Positions 16,498 through 29,034 of a DNA stretch of 64,000 bases are shown here, in pieces. Under the pieces are notes generated by a model. That model was not told the origin of the DNA and did no database searches. It saw only the letters and a program-made list of their open reading frames with translations. Made by a program: the position numbers and the translations under genes. The DNA comes from the human T2T-CHM13v2.0 reference genome, Homo sapiens. Every line of letters begins with the position of its first letter. The stretch's first letter is position 1. The stretch lies in assembly GCF_009914755.1 (NCBI RefSeq), contig NC_060930.1. One strand, written 5' to 3'.

Positions 16498-16717
16498 AGC
16501 CTGGGCAACATAGTGAAACCTAGTCTCTACAGAAAAAAAAAAATTAATTAGCTAGGTGTGGTGGCACTCACCTGTAACCCCAGCTACTCAGGAGGCTGAG
16601 GTGAGATGATTGCTTGAGCCCAGGAAGTTGAAGCTACAGTGAACCATGATTGCACCACCCTACTCCAGCCTGAGCAACAAAGTCAGATTCTGTTTCAAAC
16701 AAATACACAAACAAAAA
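16498..16717 (+). mobile_element. 5'-truncated Alu (AluJ-like)
   Basis: agcctgggcaacatagtgaaacc...gattgcttgagcccaggaagttgaagctacagtga, followed by an A-rich tail. Confidence 0.9.
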
Positions 16718-16754
16718 ATAGTTCAGTGTAAGGACTTGTCCACGTAAAAGTTCG

Positions 16755-17043
16755 TTTTTCTTGTTGTTAAGAGGGAGTCTCGCTCTGTCGCCAGGCTGGA
16801 ATGCAGTGGCGCAATCTCGGCTCACTGCAACCCCCACCTTCCGGATTCAAGCTATTCTGCCTCAGCCTCCTGAGTAGCTGAGACTACAGGCACGTGCCAC
16901 CATGCCCGGCTAATTTTAGTATTTTTTAGTAGAGATGGGATTTCACCATGTTGGTCGGGTCGCAAACTCCTGATATCAAGTGATCTGCCCTCCTCGGCCT
17001 CCCAAAATGCTGGGATTACAGGCGTGAGCCACCAAGCACAGCC
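16755..17043 (-). mobile_element. Alu (AluS-like), antisense
   Basis: gagtctcgctctgtcgccaggctggaatgcagtggcgc...gggattacaggcgtgagccacc. Confidence 0.95.
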
Positions 17044-17254
17044 AGATAACTGATTTTATAAGACAGTTATGTTGACCTAGTGTATCACATGTATCAAACC
17101 TAGGTTTAAATTTAATCCAGATAGGATCTAGACTTTTTAGAGGTATTTCTGATACAGAATCACTTATTTTTAGTTAAGTATTCAATAAATGACCATGTTA
17201 GACTTATTTCTCCTCTTTATAGTTCAGTGTAAGGACTTGTCCACATAAAAATTG

Positions 17255-17345
17255 AGTGCCACTGCACCCCAGTCTGGGCGAGAGAGCGACACTCCATCTC
17301 AATACATGCATACATACATACATACATACATACATACATACACAC
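17255..17345 (+). mobile_element. Alu 3'-end fragment with (TACA)n tail
   Basis: gtgccactgcaccccagtctgggcgagagagcgacactccatctcaa followed by (taca)n. Confidence 0.85.
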
Positions 17346-17966
17346 AGTTTTCTGTTTTCTGGGACCTAATATTTGCTACTCAACATTCTATAAACTTTAC
17401 TTTGTTTTAAATATATAGTATATATGGTATATTCAGAGATAACATTATCTAAGCATCTAACTTTTTCAGAATGCAAGAAAATAATTAAAACTCAAATTCT
17501 AGACAGGCTAATTGTCCATTCCAGAGTTCTTCCAAGTTAGAAGTGGAACAGTATCCACTAGGATAGTATTTCAGTGACTCAAAAAGGAACCAAACAAATA
17601 ATTTTTTTGCATGAATGCATTAAATGCGTACTAATAATATCTTGTTACAAACAGAATTCTGACTAACAAACCCTAATGAAAATACAAAGCCTAACATATA
17701 CCTCTTCTTATCCCCAAAGGGATTATTTTACTATTCATAAATACTTGTATTTTTGTAAGCCCAGTAATCTTTCTTTTGAGAAAACAAAACTTATTGTGTA
17801 ACATATCTTACAGTTATAACTCAAAGCACTTGTTTTTAAATTTAATTCATAACACAGAATAAAATATCTGGGCTACTGTTAAAACTAAAGATTCCTAGGC
17901 AAATCTCTATGATTCAGTAACTCTAGAGTTATATTCAGGGGCTTGCATTTGGAAACATAGCTAATT

Positions 17967-18340
17967 GTAGTAGGCATTCCTCACATTTACCAATATCTCT
18001 GGTTATCTTCACTTCTAAACCTCAAAAAGTTGCAGTTTCCAAATCCTTGCTGTGGCCAAGAGGATTGCTTTAGCTGATGAAATGTGATAAGTGGCATTGT
18101 TCACTTCCAGGTGGATGCATTTAATTGCCTTGCTCTTCCTCTCCAACTCATTCATTTCCCAACATAGCAATTGTGCTCAAGTTCAAAGCATCCTAAAATA
18201 CCGCCAAAATATCAAAGATTGCTAACCTGGAGAATTATCTGGACCTACAGCAGACCTGGCTTTTATGAGATATGAAATCTTGTTCTGTTAAATCACTGTG
18301 ATTTGGGAAGGGGGATGATTTTTACTATAGTATAACCCAG
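17967..18340 (+). mobile_element. Old MaLR solo LTR (MLT1I/J-like)
   Basis: tgtagt start; tgctttagctgatgaaatgtga...cacttccaggtgg; ttgttctgttaaatcactgtgatttggg...tactatagtataacccag end motif. Confidence 0.6.
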
Positions 18341-18341
18341 T

Positions 18342-18526
18342 CAAGTTGTCGTTGAATTTCCATGTGTATTAAAAACATTAGGAAGGCTTGATAAAACACT
18401 GCTTGCTAGACTGACTCCCAGTTTCTGATTTTATAGGTATAGTTGTGGCCTAATAATTTCTTTTTCTAATAAGTTTCTGGGTAATCGTGATGCCATTAGT
18501 TTAGTAACTCCACTTGAGAATCACTG
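18342..18526. mobile_element. MER5A-like hAT-Charlie MITE
   Basis: cccagtttctgattt...tttctaataagtttctgggt...cacttgagaatcactg followed by an atctag target-like site. Confidence 0.7.
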
Positions 18527-19944
18527 ATCTAGCCAATCTTGACCAATATACAAATTTTCATATTTTGAAACAAATTGACATTAAGTCAAACTTATCAATA
18601 TGATAAACAAAGGCATCATTTTGTATGTAAAACAAATTTAAAATGTTTAAACAAGCATAATTTTTTAGTGATTTAACACTGACAAAATTATTAATCACTT
18701 CTTAAAAACACTTAATTGTCTGAACTTCAACACTGAGTAGCAATTATTCTGCTAAATATTCTTGTCCTTAAGAGTATTCAAAATGGTTTTGAATTAGCTT
18801 TAATATGAAGGAAGAACAGTCCCCTGTAAATACAGTAAAAATTGTGAAGTATAAATTGAGATTTAAAACAATCTGATATTACTAGAATGTTTTATAATAT
18901 CCATTTCATATAAATTTAAAAATAGTTTTACTTTTTAACTTTTAAAAAATGTACAAAAAGTACTAATTAATTACATGTGCAATGATTCTGACTTGTCATT
19001 TAAGTATTTTTTTCAAATTCCCCATTCCACTCTCACAATGAACTTTTTATCCAATTGAAATAATTGAGTTGGCATTAAAGAAAGAAAATTAAGTCAGCTC
19101 TTAAAATCTTAACACTAACTTGTTAATTACCCTATTAATAACACAATGAAAAATGACAAGCTGTAATTCCTTTTCCAAAAATATGGCTGAAGGTCAGAGA
19201 GCTGTCTTGCTGGCATATTGAGAGACCGAAAATTACAAATGATGAGCTTTTTTTTCTTTTAAATATCATCAGATGCCATTAGAAATTCAGCGAAGAGACT
19301 AGATCAATATTTAAAATATAATTTTAAACATAATTTTCCTATTATTAAAGAAAACAACTGCTATATATTAGGAAATAACCTAGCAAAGATACTTGTATTT
19401 GTGTGTTAAGAAGACAAATCTAAAGGGTTTCCAAACATTGTCCAGGTCTGAGCTTTTACACTATTGAAAAAGGATTCCGTGTGCTTTTAGCCTACAGCAA
19501 AGATCAAAAAGCATTCACAGAGCCTACTGGCAAACCAGAGATAAATAGAATGGTTTTCTCTGCCATTAAACAATAATTCTTGAAAATGACTTTTTTCTTT
19601 TATGTGGGGTAGAGTAAATCCAAATTATGCAGGACAAAGTTTACATGCACAGTAAGTGATCTATTGTGGTATTGTTTGCATTTTTCTTGGTACAGTTTAA
19701 TTTATTGTTGTAACTGCTTCGCTATTTAGGAGAATAGAATTGGTTACCAAAGACATTGTAAAACTGTTCTATAATACTGTAGTACTCATTTAATATACAT
19801 ATATAAATAGTTTTACTTTTTAATTTAACTTTTAAAGAATTTTGCAAAATAAAACAGAATTCTGTTTCAGAGTAGAGACACTTAAACATTTGTAGTTTTC
19901 TTAGAACATGTATAACAATACCATAATCTTGTATTCAGATTTTT

Positions 19945-21535
19945 AAAATTTGTAATTGTGGTAAAATACACATACAATTTGCCATCTTAACCATTTTTAA
20001 ATGTACAATTCAGTAGTGTTAAAAATATTCACATTGTAGTGCAACCAATCTCCAGAACTTTTTTATTTTGCAAAACTAAACTTTTGTATGCACTAAACAA
20101 CCATTCTCCATTTCTCTTTCCATAGTCTCCAGAAACCACCATTCTACTTTCTGTTTCTATGAATTAAATACTCTAGATACTCATAGAAATCGATTATACA
20201 GTGTTTGTCTTTTTGTACTGGTTTATTTCACTTAAAATAGTATTTTCAAGGTTCATCCATGTTGCTGTGTTGTAAAGTGTCGAAATTTTCTTTGTTTTTA
20301 AGGCTCAATTATATTCCATTGTATGTATGTGTCACATATTATTCATTCATTCATCAAAAACTTGGGTTGCTTCCACCTTTTAGCTATTATAAATAATGCT
20401 GCTATGGACATGGGTAAACAAATATCTCTTTGAGGCCCTGTTCTCAATTCTTTTCAGTATATACCCAGATGTGGAATTGCTGGATCATATATTACTTCTC
20501 TGTTGAACTTTTTGAGGAACCATCATACTGTTTTCCATAATGGATATAACATCATTCCTACCAACAGTGCACAAGAGTTCTAACTTATCCGTATCCTCAC
20601 TAACATATATATATATTTTAATTGTACTCATGTTGATGGGTGTAAGGTGATATCTAACTGTGGTTTTGATTTGCATTTCCCTCATGATTAATGATGTTAA
20701 ACACATTTCTATATTCTTATTGATCATTTGAATATTTTATTTGGGGAAATGTTTAAGTTGTATGCTGATTTTTTTATTTTAGCTGTTTGATTCATTGGTT
20801 GTTGAGTTTCAGTAATTCTTTCTATATTCTGGATATTAACTGACTATCAGATATATTATTTGCAAATGTTTTCTTCTATTCCATGGGTTGCTTTTTCACG
20901 TTGTTGGTTGTGTCCTTTGATGCAAATTTTTAAATTTCATAATCCAGTTTATTTTTACTTTTTTTAAACCTATACTTTTGCTGTCATATTCAATAAATCA
21001 TTGCCAAATCTAATGTCATGAAGATTTTCCCCTATGTTTTTTTCTAAGGGTTGTATAGTTTTAGATCTTACATTTAGGTTTTTTATGTTTTTTGAATTAA
21101 TTTTTTTTCTATCTTGAAGAGTAAGAGTCCAACTTTATTCTTTTGTATGTGGATATCCAGTTTCCCTATCTCTGTTTATTGAAAAGACTATTCTTTTGTC
21201 ATTTATTGACCACATATGTTAGAGTTTATTGTTGAAAATGAAAATTATTTTACCACATATGTGAGAGTTTATTTCTGAGCTCTCTATTTTATTCCATTGG
21301 TTTATATGTCTGCCTTTGTGCCAGTATCATACTGTTTTAACTAGCTTTGTAATAAGTTTGAAATCAGGAACTATGAGATCTCCAACTTTGTTCTTTTTTA
21401 AGATTGTTTTGGCTAGTCAGGATTTCTTGAGATTCTATATGAAGTTTTAGCTGAGTTTTTCTGTTTCTGCAAAAAATTTTATTGGAATTTTGATAGAGAG
21501 TACATTAAATCTATAGATCACTTTGAGTAATGTAC
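19945..21535 (-). mobile_element. Old L1 (L1MB-like) 3' segment
   Basis: L1MB-type 3'UTR (caaccaatctccagaac...tgcaaaactaaac) and ORF2 peptide [15 protein letters not shown] in ORF 20485..20727(-). Confidence 0.88.
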
Positions 21536-22457
21536 TCATATTTTTAAAACCAAGGAAATTTGAGTTATACTAAAATATACTTTATAAATAAAACAACATT
21601 TATTTGTCAATTTATTAGTCTATTTAGTAGCCAATCAACTAACATAGATTCTTTCTATAGCAGTACATTTGCTGCTTCAGTTAGGGTCCATCACATTCTT
21701 TAATTTGAGCTCACTTCCTTATTTGTCTGAAAATTATTTTTTCTTTATAAACTTTATATACTGATGACATATACAACTATATAAAGTAATATCTTATCAA
21801 GCACTTCCTTGGCCAAAGAAGAACCAAATGTGAATAAGATGTTTTGATTCTCCAAATACTTAAACACTAGTGTTACAAATAAATTACAGTACAGTATGAT
21901 AAATGCTAAAAGAGAGTTATATAAAAGTGTTATGGCAAACTGGAAGTTGAAATCAAGGAGATCCAGTTGGTTGGAGAACTAAACAGAGATGACATTTAAA
22001 CTGGGTCTCAAGTAATGTTAAGAGTAGGTAAGATAGGAAATGCAAGTGTACAGAGCTGTGAAATGGTATGGTGAACTGGTAGCATGATGAAACATCTACT
22101 GAGGTTGATACACCAGACATCATCTAGAGATGCCCAAGAATAAAGACAAATGGATCAAAAGAGATCATGAAGGGACTGGCAAGACTGAAAATCAGAGCAT
22201 ATAACCATATAAGACTAAAGTAGGTTAGTCACCAGCAGCCCTGTAGAAGAGGCTGTGGCTGGAATTTGAAATTATTAAATATCACTGGACAGGTTGGAGG
22301 CATAAATAGGTTCCAAAGAACAGTCTTGATTTAGGCCTCATAATGCTGCTTACCAAGAATCAATTAACTTTTTAGGAAAAAGTGATATAATGAATTTTTG
22401 AGTATGGAATTTTTAATTCATATAATGTATTTAGAACATTAAAAGGTTATTAAGTTT

Positions 22458-22824
22458 TGTAGTTATTGGTGCTATTTACCAAATATATCTAGCTCTGGTC
22501 TCAGGCATAGAACAGAATTGCATTTTCTCACCCTCTTTGAGGTTAGGCAAAGCCATGTGATTTTCTTTTGCCAGTGAAATGTGAGCAAAGTACTGAAATA
22601 TTTCTTGGTGACTGTTTCAAAAGTCAGTTATCAGTTTGTCACATTTTCTTCTCCATGCTATAGTAATGATGAGAACATGATTCTTGATGGAGGTACTGGA
22701 GTAACTGTAAGGTGCAAAGCCACCCTACCAATCCATGCTAGACAAACAATAGGAACGGCAATAAACTTGCCTGTTGTTTAGCCCCTGAGACATGTAAACA
22801 TAACTTACCCTATCCTGACTGTAC
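22458..22824 (+). mobile_element. Old MaLR solo LTR (MLT1I/J-like)
   Basis: TG...CA ends; gccatgtgattttcttttgccagtgaaatgtgagc; ataaacttgcctgttgtttagcccctgaga; cctatcctgactgtaca. Confidence 0.65.
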
Positions 22825-23682
22825 AACAAGTAAGACATAATAATGGCTGTAGAAAGCCTTGATAACAGAATAAGAAGAAAAAAAAAAAAACTAAAATCAA
22901 CCATAATCTTACCCAAATGAGTCATTGTAACTATTTTTATATTTACCTCTTAAACTATAGTGTTACAAAGAAGCTTAATTCATCATGTCAATTATTTACT
23001 TAATTGTGACAGATGTTTACTCTGCTAAAGGTATATGCTGTTGCTCTCTCTCTCAGGAGATTAGCTTCCCTGTCAGTAGCTATTGTGTTATAACTAGCCA
23101 TCATCAATTTTTCTCTTAAGTGGGAAACTACAATACATAACAAGGTTGTTTTGAATCTCATATGAGACAAGGTATATAAAATAAGTGGCACATAGTACGT
23201 TAAACAATAAAGATGGGAGAGGCCGTTTGTCTTTCTAAAGGTTTGCTTATCAAAATTTTAAAATACTTGATACCTTCAAAATATAAACCATTTTTGTTCA
23301 ACAAAACTAAAGCATAATGTAATAATTCTCCATCTCCCTTAAGCAAGTGTATGCCATTTGTCATTTTCTTTAAAAATAAATGAACTTGTTCAATTAGTTG
23401 AAAATTTTCTTTTATAGATCTGATTTTACAAGTTGATGGGTTTTTATTGCAGCATTATGTAAAAAAGCTTGAACTTTATTGCTCTTGATTAGTCCTTATC
23501 CTTCTAAGAATTTTAATGGTAATAGAATATTTTAAGATGCATCAGTGCACATTTATGTTGAATGTTAGTATCCTTTCTGCTCTTTACTGACTAACACTAC
23601 AGTTAATAATAAAAATTTATCTTTATTTTTGAAGGCTTATTATGCATATATGATATTTATACATTTTTGGTGATAAATTCTA

Positions 23683-23696
23683 TCGCCACCTAGTGC
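23683..23696 (-). promoter_or_regulatory. Candidate CTCF core motif
   Basis: tcgccacctagtgc versus the CTCF core gcgccacctagtgg; motif match only. Confidence 0.4.
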
Positions 23697-25612
23697 TTTG
23701 GACAACATTTTATATTTCTGCCATTTCTTTTTGCATTACATTAAGATGTGTAAACTGTGACTGCCCATTCTTCTCATAAGACTTTTCTCTCCCCAGTAAG
23801 CTTACTTTTCTCTCCCCAGTAAGCTGTTCCACAAGGGCAGAGAATGCGTTTTCTTTAGAACTGTGTCCTCACCTCCTGGATCAGGGCATGGCTTGTAGTA
23901 GATGCTTAATGCACATTTGGGGAGTGAACTAATAGATAAATACTATACAGTTCAGAGTCCAATAACCATATTCTGACACAACTACATCCCCTACTTGGAT
24001 TTTAAAAGAGAAAGTTTTTGTATCTTCTTGATGATCTAATTATAATGCTGTGCATCTAGTTTAGCCAGGACAAGATTTACATATGTTGCTGAATTTAGTA
24101 AATTCTTACTTCCTGGACTTCAGATAAGGTAAAAAGTAAGCATAATTACAAAGGGCAGGAAAAACCCTTAGTTATGAAAATATGTATTATCTTGACTATG
24201 GTAATTATATCATAATGTCAAAGTTAATCAAATTTTACACTTTAAGTACATATATTTTAGTTTACTTTAATTAGAATAAAATTGAAAACAAAAGCCAAAA
24301 AAGTAAGAATAACATATTAAATTGCTTTATATTACAACAGCAATATTTCTGTAAATATTCTTCCTCTACATTTCAAAATTTGCAAAAGATATCACCACAG
24401 GCAATTGGGCATTACTTTTGAGATTCTTTGTCAGTGGAATACATTAAATCTCCCGCCTGATAGAGAAATTAAAACTGCCACATTTCTGTCTCTGCTAGCA
24501 TCATCTTGAAATGTTCATCCCTCAAACAGGAATAGATGGAAAGGAGAGGAAAGGAGAGATGAACAGAGTTTGGAGAGGAAATTACCTCATTACTATGAGC
24601 ACAGAGAAGAGAGACAAGAAAGAGATATAAAACATGAGAGGTAAACATAATAATCATCATGACAACAACAGCTATTGAAAGCTCGCTGCATGCCAGTAAC
24701 AGTCTAAACACTTAGCATGCATTTCTCGTTTTTCTGTTTTCATGGCAACTCTGTTTAGTCTCCCTATATAAAAAAATGTAAAATCTGAGTCTTAAAGATG
24801 TTATGAAACTTTTCTGAGGGAAAGTACAAGTGTCAGAATAAGGATTTAAACCCAAAATGTTGAATCTAATAGTCAGGTTCTTCACTGAACGCTATACCTG
24901 TTCATAACAGACACAAAATGTAAAAAACAAAGAGGTAAAACAGAAAGAAACAAGCTTCTATGTGTATTGGTAGATGAGGAGAGACTTTGCAGCTGATGCT
25001 AAACAAGAGGCTAGGGTCCACAGCTATCTACACATCTCCTCAAGACAGAGCTCCACTGTAGACAGTTAACTCCAGGTAGACAGAAGTTAAGACATGTGGA
25101 AAACATTAAATAGAAGCAATTGTTTGCTATAATCTTTGCCACTTTTGCACTGTATGCATTTTTGAAGATCCAAGGCCTTCTCCCAGGCTATAGAAGTGCA
25201 CTTTAAGCCAATATTTTGTTTTATGAGATATAAGAAATCACAGCCATATAAATAAGGCACAAGCAGAGATGAGTAAATGGTATATAGTGTCTCCAGTTTT
25301 AGAAAGGATGCAGATTATATCTGAACCAGCATAATGTCACTACAAGAAGGATGCATAATGTCATAAAAATGTACTTCATACGACTCAGTTATTTGTATTT
25401 TTTATTTATTTGTTTTTAACTAAAGATGAATAGCCTCTGCCATATTTTAAAAGGGCAGGCAATATAAAGTTCAATATTAGAAAATGTACCTAAATGACTG
25501 GAAAACACATCTTATGAACTAGTATATTAATCATTCAGTGTAGGAAGCAGAAGGCAACATTACATATCACTGTGATGTGCTAAGTGCTAGTCTCAAATAT
25601 TCATGGCTTAGG

Positions 25613-25809
25613 CAAGAGTTTATCAACCTTGGTGCTGTTTAGTTGAAGTCATGGGGGGCTATTTTTTGTAAAATGTTTACCAGCATCCCTAACCTTTACC
25701 CAGTAGATGTTAGTAGTAGTTCTCATCCCCAGTTGTGACAATTAAAAATATCTCCAGACTTTTTGCCAAATGTCCCCTAGAGGCAACATCACCCCTGATG
25801 GATCACTGG
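25613..25809. mobile_element. MER20 hAT-Charlie DNA transposon
   Basis: cagcatccctaacctttacccagtagatg...cccagttgtgacaattaaaaatatctccagac...gccaaatgtccccta. Confidence 0.85.
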
Positions 25810-26475
25810 CTTCATTTGAGTATATTTCTAATCATTATTTTTCATTAAATAATTATGTTTCAGACTTGCAGTAAAGATATGCTGTAACTTTAGATATGAT
25901 TTAGAAGTCTATATCTTAGAAACTACTATAAATAGACTCAGTACAATTGGAAGTGGAATTGGACTACCGATGATTATATTCATTCACATAACCATTTGTT
26001 AAATACACACTAAATGCCTGTCACTGTTCCAGGTTCTAGGAATACAAAAATAAAGGACACATTTGAGATCTGCATTACACCAAAAGTGATATAAACTGTT
26101 TATTGATCCAGATTCTCCAAGATCTACTTTTGTATTCTATTAATTTAATCATCAGAAACCATGAATTGTTAGGCCATATTACCTTACATCTATGTAGAAA
26201 TATTTTTCCTAAGTTATCATGGTTTCTCTGGGAAATGAATATAAAAATTTCCTTTGAAATATTTTTTAGTTTTTTTTAAAGTGATGAGCCAACATACCAT
26301 GCACCATGCTATTCACTGTCTTCAATCCAAATAACAATTTACATGATAAACTAAAGATTGAATTCAAAGCATAAAGATTGTTTATCAACCCTTGATTTCA
26401 TTTATTTATCATTTGAGATAACAATTCTACTTTTTAAATTATTTATATCGTTAGAGAATTAGAGAAGAAACTATA

Positions 26476-26825
26476 TGTATTAGTCTGTTCTCATACTGCT
26501 AATAAAAAGATACCTGAGATTGGGTAATTTATAAAGGAAAGAGGTTTAATGGACTCACAGTTCCACTTGGCTGGGGAGGCCTCACAAACATGGTGGAAGA
26601 TAAAGGAAAGACATGTCTTACATGGTGGCAGGCAAGAAAGCTTGTGCAAGGGAATTCCTATTTATAAAACCATCTGTTCTTGTGAGACTTATTCACTACC
26701 ACAAGAACAGTATGGGGGAAACTGCCCCATGACTCAATTATCTTCACTTGGCCACACCCTTGACACGTGGAGATTATTACAATTCAAGGTGAGAATATGG
26801 GTGGGGACACAGCCAAACCATATCA
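26476..26825 (-). mobile_element. THE1 (MaLR) solo LTR
   Basis: tgtattagtctgttctcatactgct...ggggacacagccaaaccatatca; 5-bp TSD ctata/ctaaa. Confidence 0.93.
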
Positions 26826-29034
26826 CTAAATGTTCTGAGTACTTACCAGAATCATTCTCTCCGGAAGCTTCCTTCTAACTGTGCTCTCTCCTCTCTTCCT
26901 TTCAAGAAGGTAGTTTAGGTCCTGGGATAAAAACAAAAGACAAACAAGTGACATAATACTAGCTCCAGAAACTGTGATAGCATATTTTATTTCCATCACT
27001 TCAATCCCCTCAGGAAGTACAGAAAACTCACAGAGAGCATTGAAGAAGTAAAGAAGTTATGCAACGTGCCCAAGGTCACACAGTGCTTGGTACCCATGTT
27101 TGACTCAATCTTAAGTCCATGCTTTTGTCATGCCACTGCTTTTCCTCTGGATCACGTGGGTTGGAGTAATATTAAACATGTTTAACAAGTGATCTTACAG
27201 ACAGCAACCAACAGCTCGTACATCATAGAGATGTTTACTAGCTGATAATCAGCTTTCACCCTTCTAGAAGACCCAGTCTACATACAAGTACAAGCCACAT
27301 TTAATTTCCTACCTGTATTCTCATAAATTAGTCGAACTGAGTCACCTTCCTAAACTCTGGATACCCTCCTTATAATAATCTTGGAGATTTAAGATTATAG
27401 CAAACAGGTAAATGAGTTTATAAAATGTTCAAGGCACCAGCAGTGTTACTGTGCTTCAGGGTAGAGTCAGGGAAATTAGACCAGGTGCCAGCTAAGAGTA
27501 AAGGGAGAAAGCCCAGAGTATGATTCTGGATCACTGACAACTGATGCTGTGGGCTGAGGAAGGGAAAGGTGCAGAAGGGTGAAAGTGGGTGGAGTTTGGT
27601 ACCAAGTCTGAGCAGAAACTACACATTAGGACTGCAAAGGAGATCAGTAAAAGCCAGATGATCCCTTTTTCCATCTCTAGATCTTCTAGAAGTAAATTTC
27701 ACACAGTTAAGGCTCATTAAGTGCTCCTAGACAAGCTCTTTGCAACAGGGCTTCCTGGGGAGTCCAGACAAATTACTGTTTCCTTTGACCAAAGCAGCCT
27801 GAAAGCAGGTTGGACCTCTTTATTAGAATGAACTTAGGTACTTAAATTCTCCTTTCCCTTTCAGAGCACATAGGATTTTTCTGACCATAACTAAAGTGCA
27901 AAGGTTTAAAATACTAATAATTCCAAGAAAGGAAACATTGGAAACCAATTAGTAAGGATATCCATCTAAATGACCAGAAAGATATTTTCCACTGTTTGGC
28001 TAGAAGGAGAGGAAAAAGGCGTGCTGACCACTTGGTTTCTGAAGCACCAGAGGGGTCACCAATGTGAGGAAAAGGATAAGAGAGGGGAATCTTAGAGCAA
28101 AGATCAACTTTAACCACCTCCTTTTCAGTTTAAGTCTCCAAATTCCCCTGTCAAAGAATACTCAGTCGACAAAGAGAAGCTGTACCAAAAACTGTTTCAT
28201 CCATAATCAGCTGTGCCCAGAAACAGCTGATGCAGGGAGTGAGGTGCATTAGCAGAAAGTCAGGTCAAGCCCCAAGCAAAAGTGATGGTTGGTGAGCCCA
28301 GGGTCTCTTTGAGGAGACTCCAGCCTGAACCTCCCATTATCTGCCCTCCCTCTTTGCTCCATTAGAAATAATCACTCCTAAGTGGCCCATTATCAATGCC
28401 AGCATGATTTTTTCACATTTGCTAAAAGCTTTTCCCTTTTTCTTTTGTTTCTAAGGAACTATTTTAATTCCCTCTCCCCTTTATTTTGCAGTTAACTGAC
28501 TTGAAAAATATCTGATTTGAAATGGGGCTTACAGACCAATTTCTTCTTTCCTTCAGTACATCCCACGACCCATTCCCCACCCCCTAGCACCTAGTAACAG
28601 CCATCGCATATGCATTAAACAAAAGACCCATTAGTGGAGCATTGTTTTGCACTTCTGCAGACAAAGAAGAAAGAGACCTCCAGTTAGAATGAACTCTTTT
28701 TGTATTTCTTTCTTTTTCTTTTTTTTTTTTTTTTTTTGGCAACAAATAGCTTTCTTTTAAATTCAGAAATGAAATGGAATTGAGACCCTAAATTGCTCTC
28801 ATCTAAAATGTTTCACTCTCATCTTCACTTTCCTAGATTATGATCAATTTTCCCCAGAATGAATAATTCAAATTGAGCCCAGTCTTCTGAATCCTTAGAA
28901 AAAACAATGCCTTAGCATTTTGGGTCTATTCTACTCACTTATCACTTGGCACATTTTGTCTGGTACTGGCAGATATTCTTTTTGTAACATATAATTTATT
29001 TTTCCAAATGGACTACAAGCTTCTGAAGATTAAA

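Noticed and set aside
26141-26151. Perfect DUX4-type motif TAATTTAATCA outside an LTR
   Set aside because: A single AT-rich 11-mer in AT-rich DNA with no supporting context.
28600-28650. POU- and SOX-like motifs (atgcat, aacaaaag, cattgtt)
   Set aside because: Spacing does not match a known composite element; insufficient without conservation data.
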